NCBI GenBank assembly: GCA_964348895.1
Contig: CAYGEH010000001.1
Location: 312,002-376,001, forward strand
Reading direction: 5' to 3'
DNA: 64,000 nt
DNA from: an uncultured Gammaproteobacteria bacterium
GTDB taxonomy: Bacteria > Patescibacteriota > Microgenomatia > 0-14-0-10-38-17
A program made the position numbers and the translations under genes. The notes under the pieces are model-generated. The model worked only from the letters and a program-made list of their open reading frames with translations, searched no databases and had not been told where the DNA came from. This document shows positions 1 through 8,891 of this stretch, piece by piece. How positions within the stretch are numbered: position 1 is the stretch's first letter; each line of letters opens with the position of its first letter.

Positions 1-1912
1 GGCCAATTTCCTGCAGTGCTTCCAAAATTTTTAACTTCATGTCTGGCGTCAAACGAGCAAAAACCGAAACATTTTTAACTGCCTCTTTAAATTTATGAGG
101 AGAAAAAGAAAATAATTCTTCTCCCGTTAAAACGAAGGGAAAGTCATTATTCTTTTTAAGGTTATCGTCAATTATTCCAACCTGTCGAGCAATCGCCAGG
201 GCTGTTTCTTTGTGGTCACCTGTTTTCATAACAATTCTAAGCCCAGCTCGCTTGGCCTTAAGAACTGCCTCCTTGACTCCTGATCGGGGCGGATCAGCCA
301 TAACGACAAAACCAATAAAGGCAAGGCCTGTTATTGCCTGATGAGAAAACTTTTTTAGATTTTTACTATCTCGACAAGCCAAAACCAACACTCTCATTCC
401 TTGCCGAGTAGATTCTAAAACCTTAGCTAAAATTTCTTCCTTTTCTTTTTGATCTAGTTTTACTTTTTTATTTTTAACTAACTTTTGAACACAAAAACTA
501 AGAACCATTTCTGGCGCCCCAGAAACAAAAACCTCTTCTTGGCCCTGTCTCTCGGCCAACACTGCTTTATATCTTAACTTCTGATCAAAGGGTAATTCGT
601 CAATAATATTAAAGTCGGCCAAATCTTTTTCCAGCCTAGCCTTATGTGTTAAAACGGTTAAAGCACCTTCGGTTGGATCACCGTTAATCTGATAGTCAAC
701 CCCACCAGATGAGGCTTCTTTAGTTACTAATTTTGCTCGACTACAAAGACCGCCTGCAAGAACAAGTTTTGTTAAAACCAAGCTTTTCTTGGGATCTATT
801 TCTTGACCAGCCTCAAAAAATTCTCCTCCAGGGTGCCAACCGTTCCCCGAAACCTGAAAATCATTCTCTTTAGTAACAATTCTCTCAACTGTCATTTTGT
901 TTTGAGTTAGAGTTCCTGTTTTGTCAACGGCAATAACATCGGTAACACTTAAGGTTTCTGTTGCCGGCAAAGAGCGAATAATCGCTTTTCTTTTTGCCAT
1001 TCTGCTTGCTCCAGCCGCCAAAACAATAGCTAATACGGCCGGCATTCCCGTTGGAATACCAGAAACAAGAGAGGCAACGGAAAAAATTAAAATTTCACCA
1101 AAGGCAAGATTGCGAACAAAAAAGCCAATTGAAAAAGTTATGCTCGCGCCAAACATGGCAATAATGGCCATTTGCTTAATTAGACGGCTGGTTTTTTCTT
1201 CAAAGTGGGTTTTTCCGGAATCAATTTCGCCTAAAGTTTGAGAAAGCTTGCCGATTGTGGTTTTTGCTCCAGTGGCAGTTACTACCGCCCTAGCCCAACC
1301 CCCAACAACAAATGTTCCCAACCAAACACTATTTTTTCGATCAGCCAATGGTGTCTTGATTGATAAAGTTCCTGTTTCCTTGCTCGCCGGAAAGGCTTCT
1401 CCTGTTAATGACGATTCGACTGTGCGAAACGATTTGGCTTCGATTAAGCGAGCGTCTGCTGGAACCCTGTCCCCCTCGGCTAAATAAATAATATCTCCAG
1501 GAACTAATTGGCTGGCTGGAATTTTTAATAATTGGCCGTTACGATAAACATTGGCCAAAGAAACCACCATTTCCTTCAGGGCCTCAATTGCTTTGTTGGC
1601 CCTATACTCTTGAACAAAACCAATTGTAGTGTTAATAACAATAACCGCCAAAATAACATAGGTATCAGTAAAATGACCAATAAAATAAGTAATGATTGCC
1701 GCCAAAAGCAAAATATAAACCATGGCATTGTTCATTTGGTGCCAAAGAAGAGTTAGAACAGGAAATCGTGGTTTGTTTTCAGGAATTTCATTAGAACCAT
1801 AATGAGAGAGTCTTGTTTTTGCTTCGGTGTCAGATAGGCCCTTCAGGGGATTAACTTTAAACTTTTTAATTACTTGACCGACGGTAAGATTATGATAAAA
1901 GTAGTTTTTCAA
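1..1912 (-). CDS. P-type cation-transporting ATPase (partial; C-terminus lies beyond window start)
   Basis: Minus-strand frame encodes DKTGTLT (P-type ATPase phosphorylation motif, codons ~925-905) and an N-terminus ...LSDTEAKTRLSHYGSNEIPENK... typical of P2-type ATPases; AAGGAG 8 nt upstream of a TTG start at 1912; + strand ORFs 921-1756 are antisense artefacts of this gene. Confidence 0.8.
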   Translation of the reverse strand, partial: MKNYFYHNLTVGQVIKKFKVNPLKGLSDTEAKTRLSHYGSNEIPENKPRFPVLTLLWHQMNNAMVYILLLAAIITYFIGHFTDTYVILAVIVINTTIGFVQEYRANKAIEALKEMVVSLANVYRNGQLLKIPASQLVPGDIIYLAEGDRVPADARLIEAKSFRTVESSLTGEAFPASKETGTLSIKTPLADRKNSVWLGTFVVGGWARAVVTATGAKTTIGKLSQTLGEIDSGKTHFEEKTSRLIKQMAIIAMFGASITFSIGFFVRNLAFGEILIFSVASLVSGIPTGMPAVLAIVLAAGASRMAKRKAIIRSLPATETLSVTDVIAVDKTGTLTQNKMTVERIVTKENDFQVSGNGWHPGGEFFEAGQEIDPKKSLVLTKLVLAGGLCSRAKLVTKEASSGGVDYQINGDPTEGALTVLTHKARLEKDLADFNIIDELPFDQKLRYKAVLAERQGQEEVFVSGAPEMVLSFCVQKLVKNKKVKLDQKEKEEILAKVLESTRQGMRVLVLACRDSKNLKKFSHQAITGLAFIGFVVMADPPRSGVKEAVLKAKRAGLRIVMKTGDHKETALAIARQVGIIDDNLKKNNDFPFVLTGEELFSFSPHKFKEAVKNVSVFARLTPDMKLKILEALQEIG

Positions 1913-2226
1913 AAGATTTTCTCCTTTTTCCCTGAAAGGGGATAAAAATTAGCCTATTCGTTATTTATATTATCATTATAAATTGTCTTGAGTAAGACCC
2001 GTCTTTTCCTTTTTTCTTATGAACTTGCTCCTGTTTTTATTTTTTTTATCTTGGCTTCCCTCCCATTGACATCTTGCCCTGATTATGAGATTAATTAATT
2101 AACTCTTTTAAACATGCTAACTGCCCGAGAGAGACTAGCTTTTGTTGATTTTCCCTCCTCCTTGTTTTGTCATCCTCTTTTATTTGATCGTTTATTATTC
2201 TCAGTCGCAAAAGGTGGTGATAAATA

Positions 2227-2298
2227 ATGCCAGTCAAGAAAAAAACAGCCAAGAAACCTGTTAAGAGAGTAGCTAAAAAAAAGCCCTGTAAAAAATAA
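2227..2298 (+). CDS. 23-aa lysine-rich basic peptide (MPVKKKTAKKPVKRVAKKKPCKK), hypothetical
   Basis: ATG preceded by AAGGTGGTGA Shine-Dalgarno-like sequence 7 nt upstream; short ORF not in supplied track; no homology recognised. Confidence 0.25.
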   Translation: MPVKKKTAKKPVKRVAKKKPCKK

Positions 2299-2630
2299 TT
2301 TTACAGAGATATTTTTCTCTTAAAAAAACATCAAATGCGGTGATTTTTCGCCGCATTTTTTGTTTGAAAAAATCATTAAATAAAAATAAGGTTTTATTAA
2401 AAAAAATTTAATCTACTCATTTTTTTATATAATCTTTCTTGATATCAAAATAAAATAAAAAAACCTTATAAAATGATGTTTATCGTATAATTAATCAGTT
2501 TCATTGCGATCAATAGCATTAAAATAAATAAGCAGAGCTTTTTTGCCATAATTTAAAAATTTTTTCTGTCTTTAAAAGAAAAAAACACTTAAGATTATAA
2601 TTTTTTTAAAAAAAAACAGTATTTAAAATT

Positions 2631-3488
2631 ATGAAAATTAAAAAGTTATTCGCTGGGCGGAAGCTAGTTATTGCAACGATGCACGAAAAAGAGCGGGTTA
2701 TTGCCCCCTTGCTCGAAGAGCATCTTGGGGTAGAAATTATTGTGCCAAAGAATTTTAACTCTGATAAGTTTGGAACATTTACCAGAGAAACTAAGAGAAC
2801 AGGAAATCAGCTTGAGGCTGCCCGAGCTAAGGTTCAGGCAGCGATGATAAGCGAGAAAGTGGATTTAGGGGTTTCAAGCGAAGGAAGCTTTGATGCTCAT
2901 CCCTCTATTCCCTTTATTCAATCTGATTTAGAACTAGTCTTATTCGTTGACAAAAAAAACAAATATGAAATCAAAGGTCATCATCAAACCCAAGAAGCAA
3001 ATATGGACGGGCAATATGTTACAAGCGCAAAGGAGGCCCTCGTTTTCGCCCAAAAGATAGGCTTTCCCCAACACGGCATCATTGTCAGGAAAAGTAAAAC
3101 TGGACACTTTGGAATTCACAAAAACATCCAAAACGAAAAGGCCCTGGTTGAGACAGTAGAAAAGATGCTTTCTGGTTTATTTTCTAAAAAAGTTTTTCTT
3201 GAAACCGATATGAGAGCACACAGAAATCCTACTCGCATGAAAGCGATAGAAAAAGCAACTAAAGATTTAATTAAAAACATTCTCTCTCTTTGTCCTAAGT
3301 GTCAATCTCCTGGTTTTGTGGTTGTTGATTTTGAAAAGGGTCTTAAATGTTCTCTTTGTAATTTACCAACCAACCTACCCTTAAACAACGTTTATCAATG
3401 CAATTTATGTGGTTATGAAGAAAAAAGAATTGTTACTAAATATGGCAAAGCTGCCGATCCTAAATATTGTGGATATTGCAATCCATAA
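2631..3488 (+). CDS. hypothetical protein with C-terminal four-CxxC zinc-ribbon
   Basis: 285-aa ORF after a long AT-rich intergenic region; C-terminus CPKC...CSLC...CNLC...CGYC suggests Zn-ribbon; no family recognised. Confidence 0.55.
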   Translation: MKIKKLFAGRKLVIATMHEKERVIAPLLEEHLGVEIIVPKNFNSDKFGTFTRETKRTGNQLEAARAKVQAAMISEKVDLGVSSEGSFDAHPSIPFIQSDLELVLFVDKKNKYEIKGHHQTQEANMDGQYVTSAKEALVFAQKIGFPQHGIIVRKSKTGHFGIHKNIQNEKALVETVEKMLSGLFSKKVFLETDMRAHRNPTRMKAIEKATKDLIKNILSLCPKCQSPGFVVVDFEKGLKCSLCNLPTNLPLNNVYQCNLCGYEEKRIVTKYGKAADPKYCGYCNP

Positions 3489-3626
3489 CAAAAAGGGGGC
3501 AAAAAGCTGGTCAAAAAATAACCAACTAACCAAAGAATAATCACGAATTTTTTTTTCAAAAAAACTACCTCCTCGCTAAATTACAAAAAAAGAACTTATT
3601 TTTACTTTATAAGGCTTATTTGGAGC

Positions 3627-4760
3627 TTAGGGGTTTTGTGGTTCCTGACTTTTTGGGGCAACAATTTGCTCAAGAGCTTTCTTCACTTCAGTTGGACCAG
3701 ACAAGAGTTCTTTTTGCCAAGAAATTAAATTTTTAGCAAATGGTTCTCTTGATCGTTTAAGTAAGGCTCTTAATGAGGCAACTTGGTTTTTGGGTTTACC
3801 AGCAATATGCATTCCCACCCCTTTATCGCCAACAACATTTTTATATCTTTCTTCCTGTCCGCCAATCAATCGAAAAATAAAAAGGGGTAATCCCACTAGC
3901 CCTGCCTCTACCGACATTTGTGCCAAAGAAAAGGCTAAGCCAAAATCGGCGACCGCCATCCACTCGGCCATTTCTTCTTCTGAAAGCCAGTTCAAAAAAC
4001 GAAACATAGGGTCATCACCATAGCTCTCTTTCATTTCTTTCTGAAAACTCTGGTTTTTTCCGCATAGAAAAACAAAAACTACATTGTCGTCTTTAAAAGC
4101 AATCCTTAGGTGTTTTATGTAGGCCTTAGATCTTTTTATCAAACCACTTCCCGCCATCACTAAAATTAAAAGACAGTTTTGTTCGACACCTAGTTTTTCT
4201 CGTAAAGAAGTTTTAATGTTTCCCTGTAAGATCTTTTCCCCCATTTCATAAAAAGCTGGTCTTGCCAAGGGTAGAGTATAAATTAATTGATTCAGGTTTA
4301 CTCCAAACTTAATAGCATCTGCTGTTGCTTGTGGCCAAAGAGCAAAGTAATAATCGGGTTGAGGAGAAGTAAAATAGGTTGCATGAGCAATTGGGTCCAA
4401 AAGCAACATTACTTTAACAAAAGTACTACCCCTAGGTCTGATTAGAGCGTGTGTGGAAATAATCAAATCGGCTTCCATATAGTTGGGAATTACTTGATTT
4501 AGCTTTTTTTCAATTTCTGGAACTAAAGGCTCAATCATTGCCTGAGCCAAAAATGGCCGATTAGAAATCTTAAAAAGAAGCTTGTAAATTTTTGGAACCC
4601 TATGAATCCAGCTAGTCGCCTTCTCGCTTATGCGAGGCAAAACATCATATATTTCGGATTGATAGCCCCATTGTTCCAGCCAATACCGATAGGCTTGAGC
4701 CATCGAAAAGTGCCCCTGTCCAGTTTGACCAGTTAAAATAATTGCCCTCTTTTTTTTCAC
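3627..4760 (-). CDS. glycosyltransferase, GT28 / MGDG-synthase (UgtP/MurG-like) family
   Basis: N-terminal IILTGQTGQGHFSMAQA resembles the MGDG synthase/MurG N-terminal sugar-acceptor domain; size 377 aa consistent. Confidence 0.55.
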   Translation of the reverse strand: MKKKRAIILTGQTGQGHFSMAQAYRYWLEQWGYQSEIYDVLPRISEKATSWIHRVPKIYKLLFKISNRPFLAQAMIEPLVPEIEKKLNQVIPNYMEADLIISTHALIRPRGSTFVKVMLLLDPIAHATYFTSPQPDYYFALWPQATADAIKFGVNLNQLIYTLPLARPAFYEMGEKILQGNIKTSLREKLGVEQNCLLILVMAGSGLIKRSKAYIKHLRIAFKDDNVVFVFLCGKNQSFQKEMKESYGDDPMFRFLNWLSEEEMAEWMAVADFGLAFSLAQMSVEAGLVGLPLFIFRLIGGQEERYKNVVGDKGVGMHIAGKPKNQVASLRALLKRSREPFAKNLISWQKELLSGPTEVKKALEQIVAPKSQEPQNP

Positions 4761-4915
4761 TGGCTCAATTTTAACACTAAAAAATAAGGCTTGAGGTTAA
4801 AATAAGCGCCGCTCACTTCTACTAGAGCTTATTTTAATAGTGATTTTGATATCCTGTTTAGAAAAAAGCCAGCAAGAAATAAAAAAGGCTTAAGAATTAA
4901 TCTGGTCTCCCTTAA

Positions 4916-6766
4916 CTATTCGCTATTTAACTTATTAGCTAACTCCTCCTGTTCTTTATGAAGATTTTCGTCTTGATCGATCATTCTTTCTTCAGCTTCA
5001 GTCAACCACTGGTTTGCTTCCATTCTGGCAAAAATCGCTCGGGCAATATTTATTCTAAGTAAAATTATTTCGTTTATTCTGTCAACCTCTACTTTGTTTT
5101 TTTCGTAAAAATCGCGATGGTCTTTTAATTTAAGCCAGCCAGGTTGAATTTCCTCAAGGCCAGAAAGAAGACTCCTCCATGAATCAATTGTTTCTTGTTC
5201 GTAGTTTGGCGGCACATAGCCAGCAAAATGCTGAACAATTACTTGAGTGGGGCAGCCATTAATTTCGCCCTCCACTTCTGCTAGACCAAACTCCTGCATA
5301 TCTTTGTTTAACATAAATTTCTTCCAGTCAGGGGATTCAAAAAAATGCTCAATTAATTCTTCAGCCTCATAGTAGCCCTGTGTTATTGCTTCATTCCAAG
5401 TAATGTTTGAGTATCCCACTTCATTCATTGCTTTAAGCTGGGTATAGCCACTCTCTGTGGCCTCGTAAGAGAAATCGTCATATTTTAGAATTACTTCTCC
5501 TCTTTTAAAAGCCGATTTCTCTAATTTGGGTTGATATTTCAATTCTCCAACCCCAGCCTCTCTTCTTTTTTTATTAAGTAATTCGAGGTATTTTTCAACA
5601 TCTAGTCTAATTTTTGAACCTTCTTCAAAATCTCTTGAAACATCACGCCAATTATTATCAAAATTGCCAATCTGTTTTTCCCAAGGAATAACATGACTAA
5701 TATCTTTGTAATCTATTAAGCCCAGTTTATGCCTTGAATCGCCACTCCCCTTACGATTATCTCCCATAACAAATAGTTTTCCCTCTGGAATGGTTAAACT
5801 TTGACATTCTAAAAAATATGAACTTCCAAAGGTTGAGCGGGCCCTATTAGTATAGGGTTCTTTTTGCGGTTCATTATTTAAATAAAAAATTCCGTCCCGA
5901 ATCTTAACTTTGTCGCCGGGCAGGGCCACCACTCTTTTAACAAATCCAGTCGCCTCGCCATCTTTTTCTGTAATTTCCTTTGTTTTTTCATTAAAGAAAA
6001 GGGCAATATCGCCTCTGCTAATTTCATAACTCAAAAATCGCCGACCAAGAGCCTCAAACCCCCTCGGATAGCGCATCATCCCTGGTGCCCCCACTGTTTC
6101 CCTAATTTGCTCTTCTCTTGTTTTCCCTTGGCCTTTGGGAAAGGTAGGGTACATTGAACCCGTACCAGCTAGGGGAATTGGTTCGGTCGCAAGATTCAAA
6201 TGCTCTTTAATTATCAACTCATTAACTACTAGCCCCGCAAAAACATAAATCCCAAGCCAAACAGGAAGAACCACAAAGACCACCAAGCCCAAAGCAAAAG
6301 ACTTTGCCAAAAAAAGACTTAATTTGAAGGGGCGAAACAATCCCTTTGCTCCAAAAGCTTTAATTTTCTTTATTGTTTCTTTGGGCTGAATAATTTGCCC
6401 AAAAAAATAAAAAGGCAAGAAGGCAAAAAATAAGCCGATTTTTAGGAATAAAACAACAACGTTAGTTTTTTTCTTTTTCTGAAGTTCTGTTTTGTAAACA
6501 AAATAGGCAAGAGACCCTAAGCCAAAAAAAATTATTCCTAAAAAAACAAACCCTAAAAGTATAAAAACAAAAATGTTGGGCGCTTCGCCAAGTGACTCCT
6601 GGCGTATGCCCAAAACAGCAACCATAACTCCTATCGCCCCCAAAACACACAGAAGCCAAAGCCAAAAAGCAAGTTTTGAAAATTTTGCTAACCACACTTT
6701 TCCCGCTTTTTTCTCCATTTGGTTTTTAATAAAAAAATGCCAAATAAGGTGTCGCAAAAAAAACAC
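4916..6766 (-). CDS. lepB: signal peptidase I (S26) with N-terminal polytopic membrane region and C-terminal CAP/SCP-like extension
   Basis: Catalytic boxes GSMYPTF, KRVVALPGDKV and GDNRKGSGDSR; ~200 aa hydrophobic N-terminal region (true start may be an internal Met, e.g. MEKKAGK); C-terminal ~230 aa with CAP-domain-like pattern (GYSNITWNEAI...HFFESPDWKKFML). Confidence 0.85.
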   Translation of the reverse strand: MFFLRHLIWHFFIKNQMEKKAGKVWLAKFSKLAFWLWLLCVLGAIGVMVAVLGIRQESLGEAPNIFVFILLGFVFLGIIFFGLGSLAYFVYKTELQKKKKTNVVVLFLKIGLFFAFLPFYFFGQIIQPKETIKKIKAFGAKGLFRPFKLSLFLAKSFALGLVVFVVLPVWLGIYVFAGLVVNELIIKEHLNLATEPIPLAGTGSMYPTFPKGQGKTREEQIRETVGAPGMMRYPRGFEALGRRFLSYEISRGDIALFFNEKTKEITEKDGEATGFVKRVVALPGDKVKIRDGIFYLNNEPQKEPYTNRARSTFGSSYFLECQSLTIPEGKLFVMGDNRKGSGDSRHKLGLIDYKDISHVIPWEKQIGNFDNNWRDVSRDFEEGSKIRLDVEKYLELLNKKRREAGVGELKYQPKLEKSAFKRGEVILKYDDFSYEATESGYTQLKAMNEVGYSNITWNEAITQGYYEAEELIEHFFESPDWKKFMLNKDMQEFGLAEVEGEINGCPTQVIVQHFAGYVPPNYEQETIDSWRSLLSGLEEIQPGWLKLKDHRDFYEKNKVEVDRINEIILLRINIARAIFARMEANQWLTEAEERMIDQDENLHKEQEELANKLNSE

Positions 6767-6886
6767 CGTTCAAAAAAAGGCTCTTTCTTGACTTTAAGAT
6801 TAATCTAATTAACAACTTATCTCAAGTTTTTAAGCTTGTTCTAGAAGAAGCTTGGATAAAAAACCAGTAAAAGTGAAGAAAAATAA

Positions 6887-7090
6887 TTACTTCTTTTTAA
6901 GGTGAACAGAAAGAATATAAATAGCAGAAACAAGAAGTATTAACCAAGCCAACAACAAATTTTTAGCGAAAAAATCGGGGAAGGTAGCAGCCAAAATAAT
7001 CCCAAACGACATTGCCGACAACTTAAAAATTCCTGCCTGCCACCAAGTAAGGCGAAAATCCTTAAAAAGCGATTGATTCTTTTTTGCCAT
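6887..7090 (-). CDS. small hypothetical membrane protein (67 aa)
   Basis: two predicted hydrophobic helices; no homology recognised. Confidence 0.35.
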   Translation of the reverse strand: MAKKNQSLFKDFRLTWWQAGIFKLSAMSFGIILAATFPDFFAKNLLLAWLILLVSAIYILSVHLKKK

Positions 7091-7135
7091 ACGTTAACTA
7101 TAACCTAGCAAAATAAAAATGGCTTGTCAATAGTT

Positions 7136-8074
7136 TTAACGAATCAATATTTCAGTGAAAACAAACATCGTATACAAAACCAAAAGCACTAGTCCTTCAA
7201 GCCGAGAAATGGTGTTTTTTGTTCGGGCAAAATAATAAAACACTCCTAAGCCAATGGCTAAAAATAAGAGACTGGTTATATAGTTTTTGGCTAAAAGAAC
7301 TGGCTGTCCATACCAAAAAGTCAAGAAGCCCAAAAGAAAGGTATTAAAAGCGGCTGAGCCTACATAGCCACCAAAGGCAACTTGATGTTTACGCATAAAA
7401 ATAGACCTGACAACAAGCGACAACTCAGGCACATTAGTGCCGACAGCAATAAGAATCAAACTTACAAAAAAAGGGGAAACATTTAATAGGCCAGAAAAAT
7501 AAATAGTTTGTTGAACAATAAGTCGACTGGCAACAAAAATAATCATCACTCCAAAAAGTATTTTCAAAAATTCTTTGCCAGCTCTAACGCTATTTCTTTT
7601 GTTGATATTTTGTAGCTTTTCTTTTAAGCTTCGTCTTGATTGAACAATAATAAGAAGAAAACCAAACAAGAGCATCGCAACAACACTGTCTGTTCTTCCA
7701 ATTCTGCCATCCATCGCCAAAATAACCGGTAGGCCAATTACCGCCAAAGAAGCCGGCAAGTTAAACCCTTGAAGCTCAGAACGAAGACGAACCGAGTTTC
7801 CCGCTACCGCCAAAAGTGGCATGACTAACATAAAAAGCACAATAGAAGCACCAATCAGGTTGCCGACATAAATTTCAGGATCATTTTCAAAAATAGCATT
7901 AATGCCGACAGACAGCTCGCCAACAGAAGTAAACAAGCCTAAAATTATAAACGAGACCGTAAAAGAAGAAAATTTAAGCGAGCGGGAGAGTCTTTCCACT
8001 GATTTAATCGCAAGCCCTGAGCCAACCCAAATACCAACAAACGATAATAAATAAACAACAACAGGAAAAGGCAT
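7136..8074 (-). CDS. Ca2+/Na+ antiporter, CaCA (YrbG-like) family
   Basis: Two alpha-repeat signatures GNLIGASIV and GTNVPELSL in a 10-TM-like 312-aa protein. Confidence 0.8.
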   Translation of the reverse strand: MPFPVVVYLLSFVGIWVGSGLAIKSVERLSRSLKFSSFTVSFIILGLFTSVGELSVGINAIFENDPEIYVGNLIGASIVLFMLVMPLLAVAGNSVRLRSELQGFNLPASLAVIGLPVILAMDGRIGRTDSVVAMLLFGFLLIIVQSRRSLKEKLQNINKRNSVRAGKEFLKILFGVMIIFVASRLIVQQTIYFSGLLNVSPFFVSLILIAVGTNVPELSLVVRSIFMRKHQVAFGGYVGSAAFNTFLLGFLTFWYGQPVLLAKNYITSLLFLAIGLGVFYYFARTKNTISRLEGLVLLVLYTMFVFTEILIR

Positions 8075-8299
8075 AAGTCTCTGCTCTCAGTTTAGCAAAA
8101 AAACGCTGTTAATTCACCACCACTTTAGTCCTCTCTTTATGGAAAGACTACGGCAAAAAAAATTTTACTAAAATCATAAGCGAAGAATCTTAAAACTGGG
8201 AAGTAAAAAAACACAACTTAACCAAATAAGGCCTCTTAGTTTGATTGTTAATTTGCGGGCTTCCTAATCATCAAATTACTATACAGCTAGATTTTACCG

Positions 8300-8503
8300 C
8301 TATTTATCGTGATTTTCAACTTTCCTTAAAGTTCTAACATAGAACTTGCCGAGTGAGCGAGCAGCAACAACACGCAGTGAAAACCCAGAAATCATCAAAA
8401 AGATACTAACCCAAGCCAAAAAAGAAGAACCAATGCTGGAAAAATGATAGTAATTTAGTAAAGAAGCAATCAGAATACCAAGGGTGTTAGCAAGAATAAC
8501 CAA
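8300..8503 (-). CDS. short membrane-protein ORF, possibly a truncated gene fragment
   Basis: 67-aa hydrophobic ORF in the AT-rich gap between the antiporter and the R-M island; ends abruptly; weak resemblance to N-terminus of polytopic methyltransferase-type membrane proteins only. Confidence 0.25.
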   Translation of the reverse strand: MVILANTLGILIASLLNYYHFSSIGSSFLAWVSIFLMISGFSLRVVAARSLGKFYVRTLRKVENHDK

Positions 8504-8697
8504 AGCGGGGAGGTTCGGACTCTTTTTATCATATGCTGTTTTATTAAGATCTTTGGCTGAAGAACCAGATCAGATTAACCTTTAAACCACAAAAAAGCCT
8601 GCAATTAAAAGGTAAGCACAAATCGTTGAAAAAGAAATTTGCATGTTGTTTCAAGTATACCTTTTTTCTCTGGTTCTTTGTATAATTTTGTAGAGGT

Positions 8698-8889
8698 ATG
8701 CCGAAGAAAGAAGACGAGTTACCCAAGCTGTTAACTATCAAACAGGCGTCAGAAATCCTAAATGTGCATGTAGAGACTTTGCGCAGATGGGGCAAAAGTG
8801 GGAAATTAAAGGCTGTCAGAGTTAATAAACGAGGCGACAGGCGCTATGATCCCAAAGATATTGAAGCAATACTGAAAAATAAAAAATAA
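8698..8889 (+). CDS. small HTH DNA-binding protein (MerR/excisionase-type helix-turn-helix)
   Basis: LTIKQASEILNVHVETLRRWGKSGKL is a classic excisionase/MerR-type HTH; stop TAA followed 2 nt later by res ATG (translational coupling). Confidence 0.7.
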   Translation: MPKKEDELPKLLTIKQASEILNVHVETLRRWGKSGKLKAVRVNKRGDRRYDPKDIEAILKNKK

Positions 8890-8891
8890 GT

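Noticed and set aside
921-1756. Three + strand ORFs (921-1241, 1248-1487, 1532-1756)
   Set aside because: They lie antisense to the P-type ATPase gene, whose DKTGTLT motif and N-terminal region read cleanly on the minus strand. They have low-complexity, non-protein-like composition.
6462-6791. ORFs 6462-6695(-) and 6573-6791(+)
   Set aside because: They overlap the N-terminal hydrophobic region of the signal peptidase gene in other frames.
8505-8520. Possible attR-like partial copy of the tRNA-Asn 3' end (GCGGGGAGGTTCGGAC)
   Set aside because: Only ~9 contiguous matching bases. This is too weak to define an island boundary.
8544-8795. 83-aa minus-strand ORF
   Set aside because: It overlaps the start of the HTH gene and the AT-rich promoter region, and has low-complexity sequence. 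The + strand HTH has clear homology instead.
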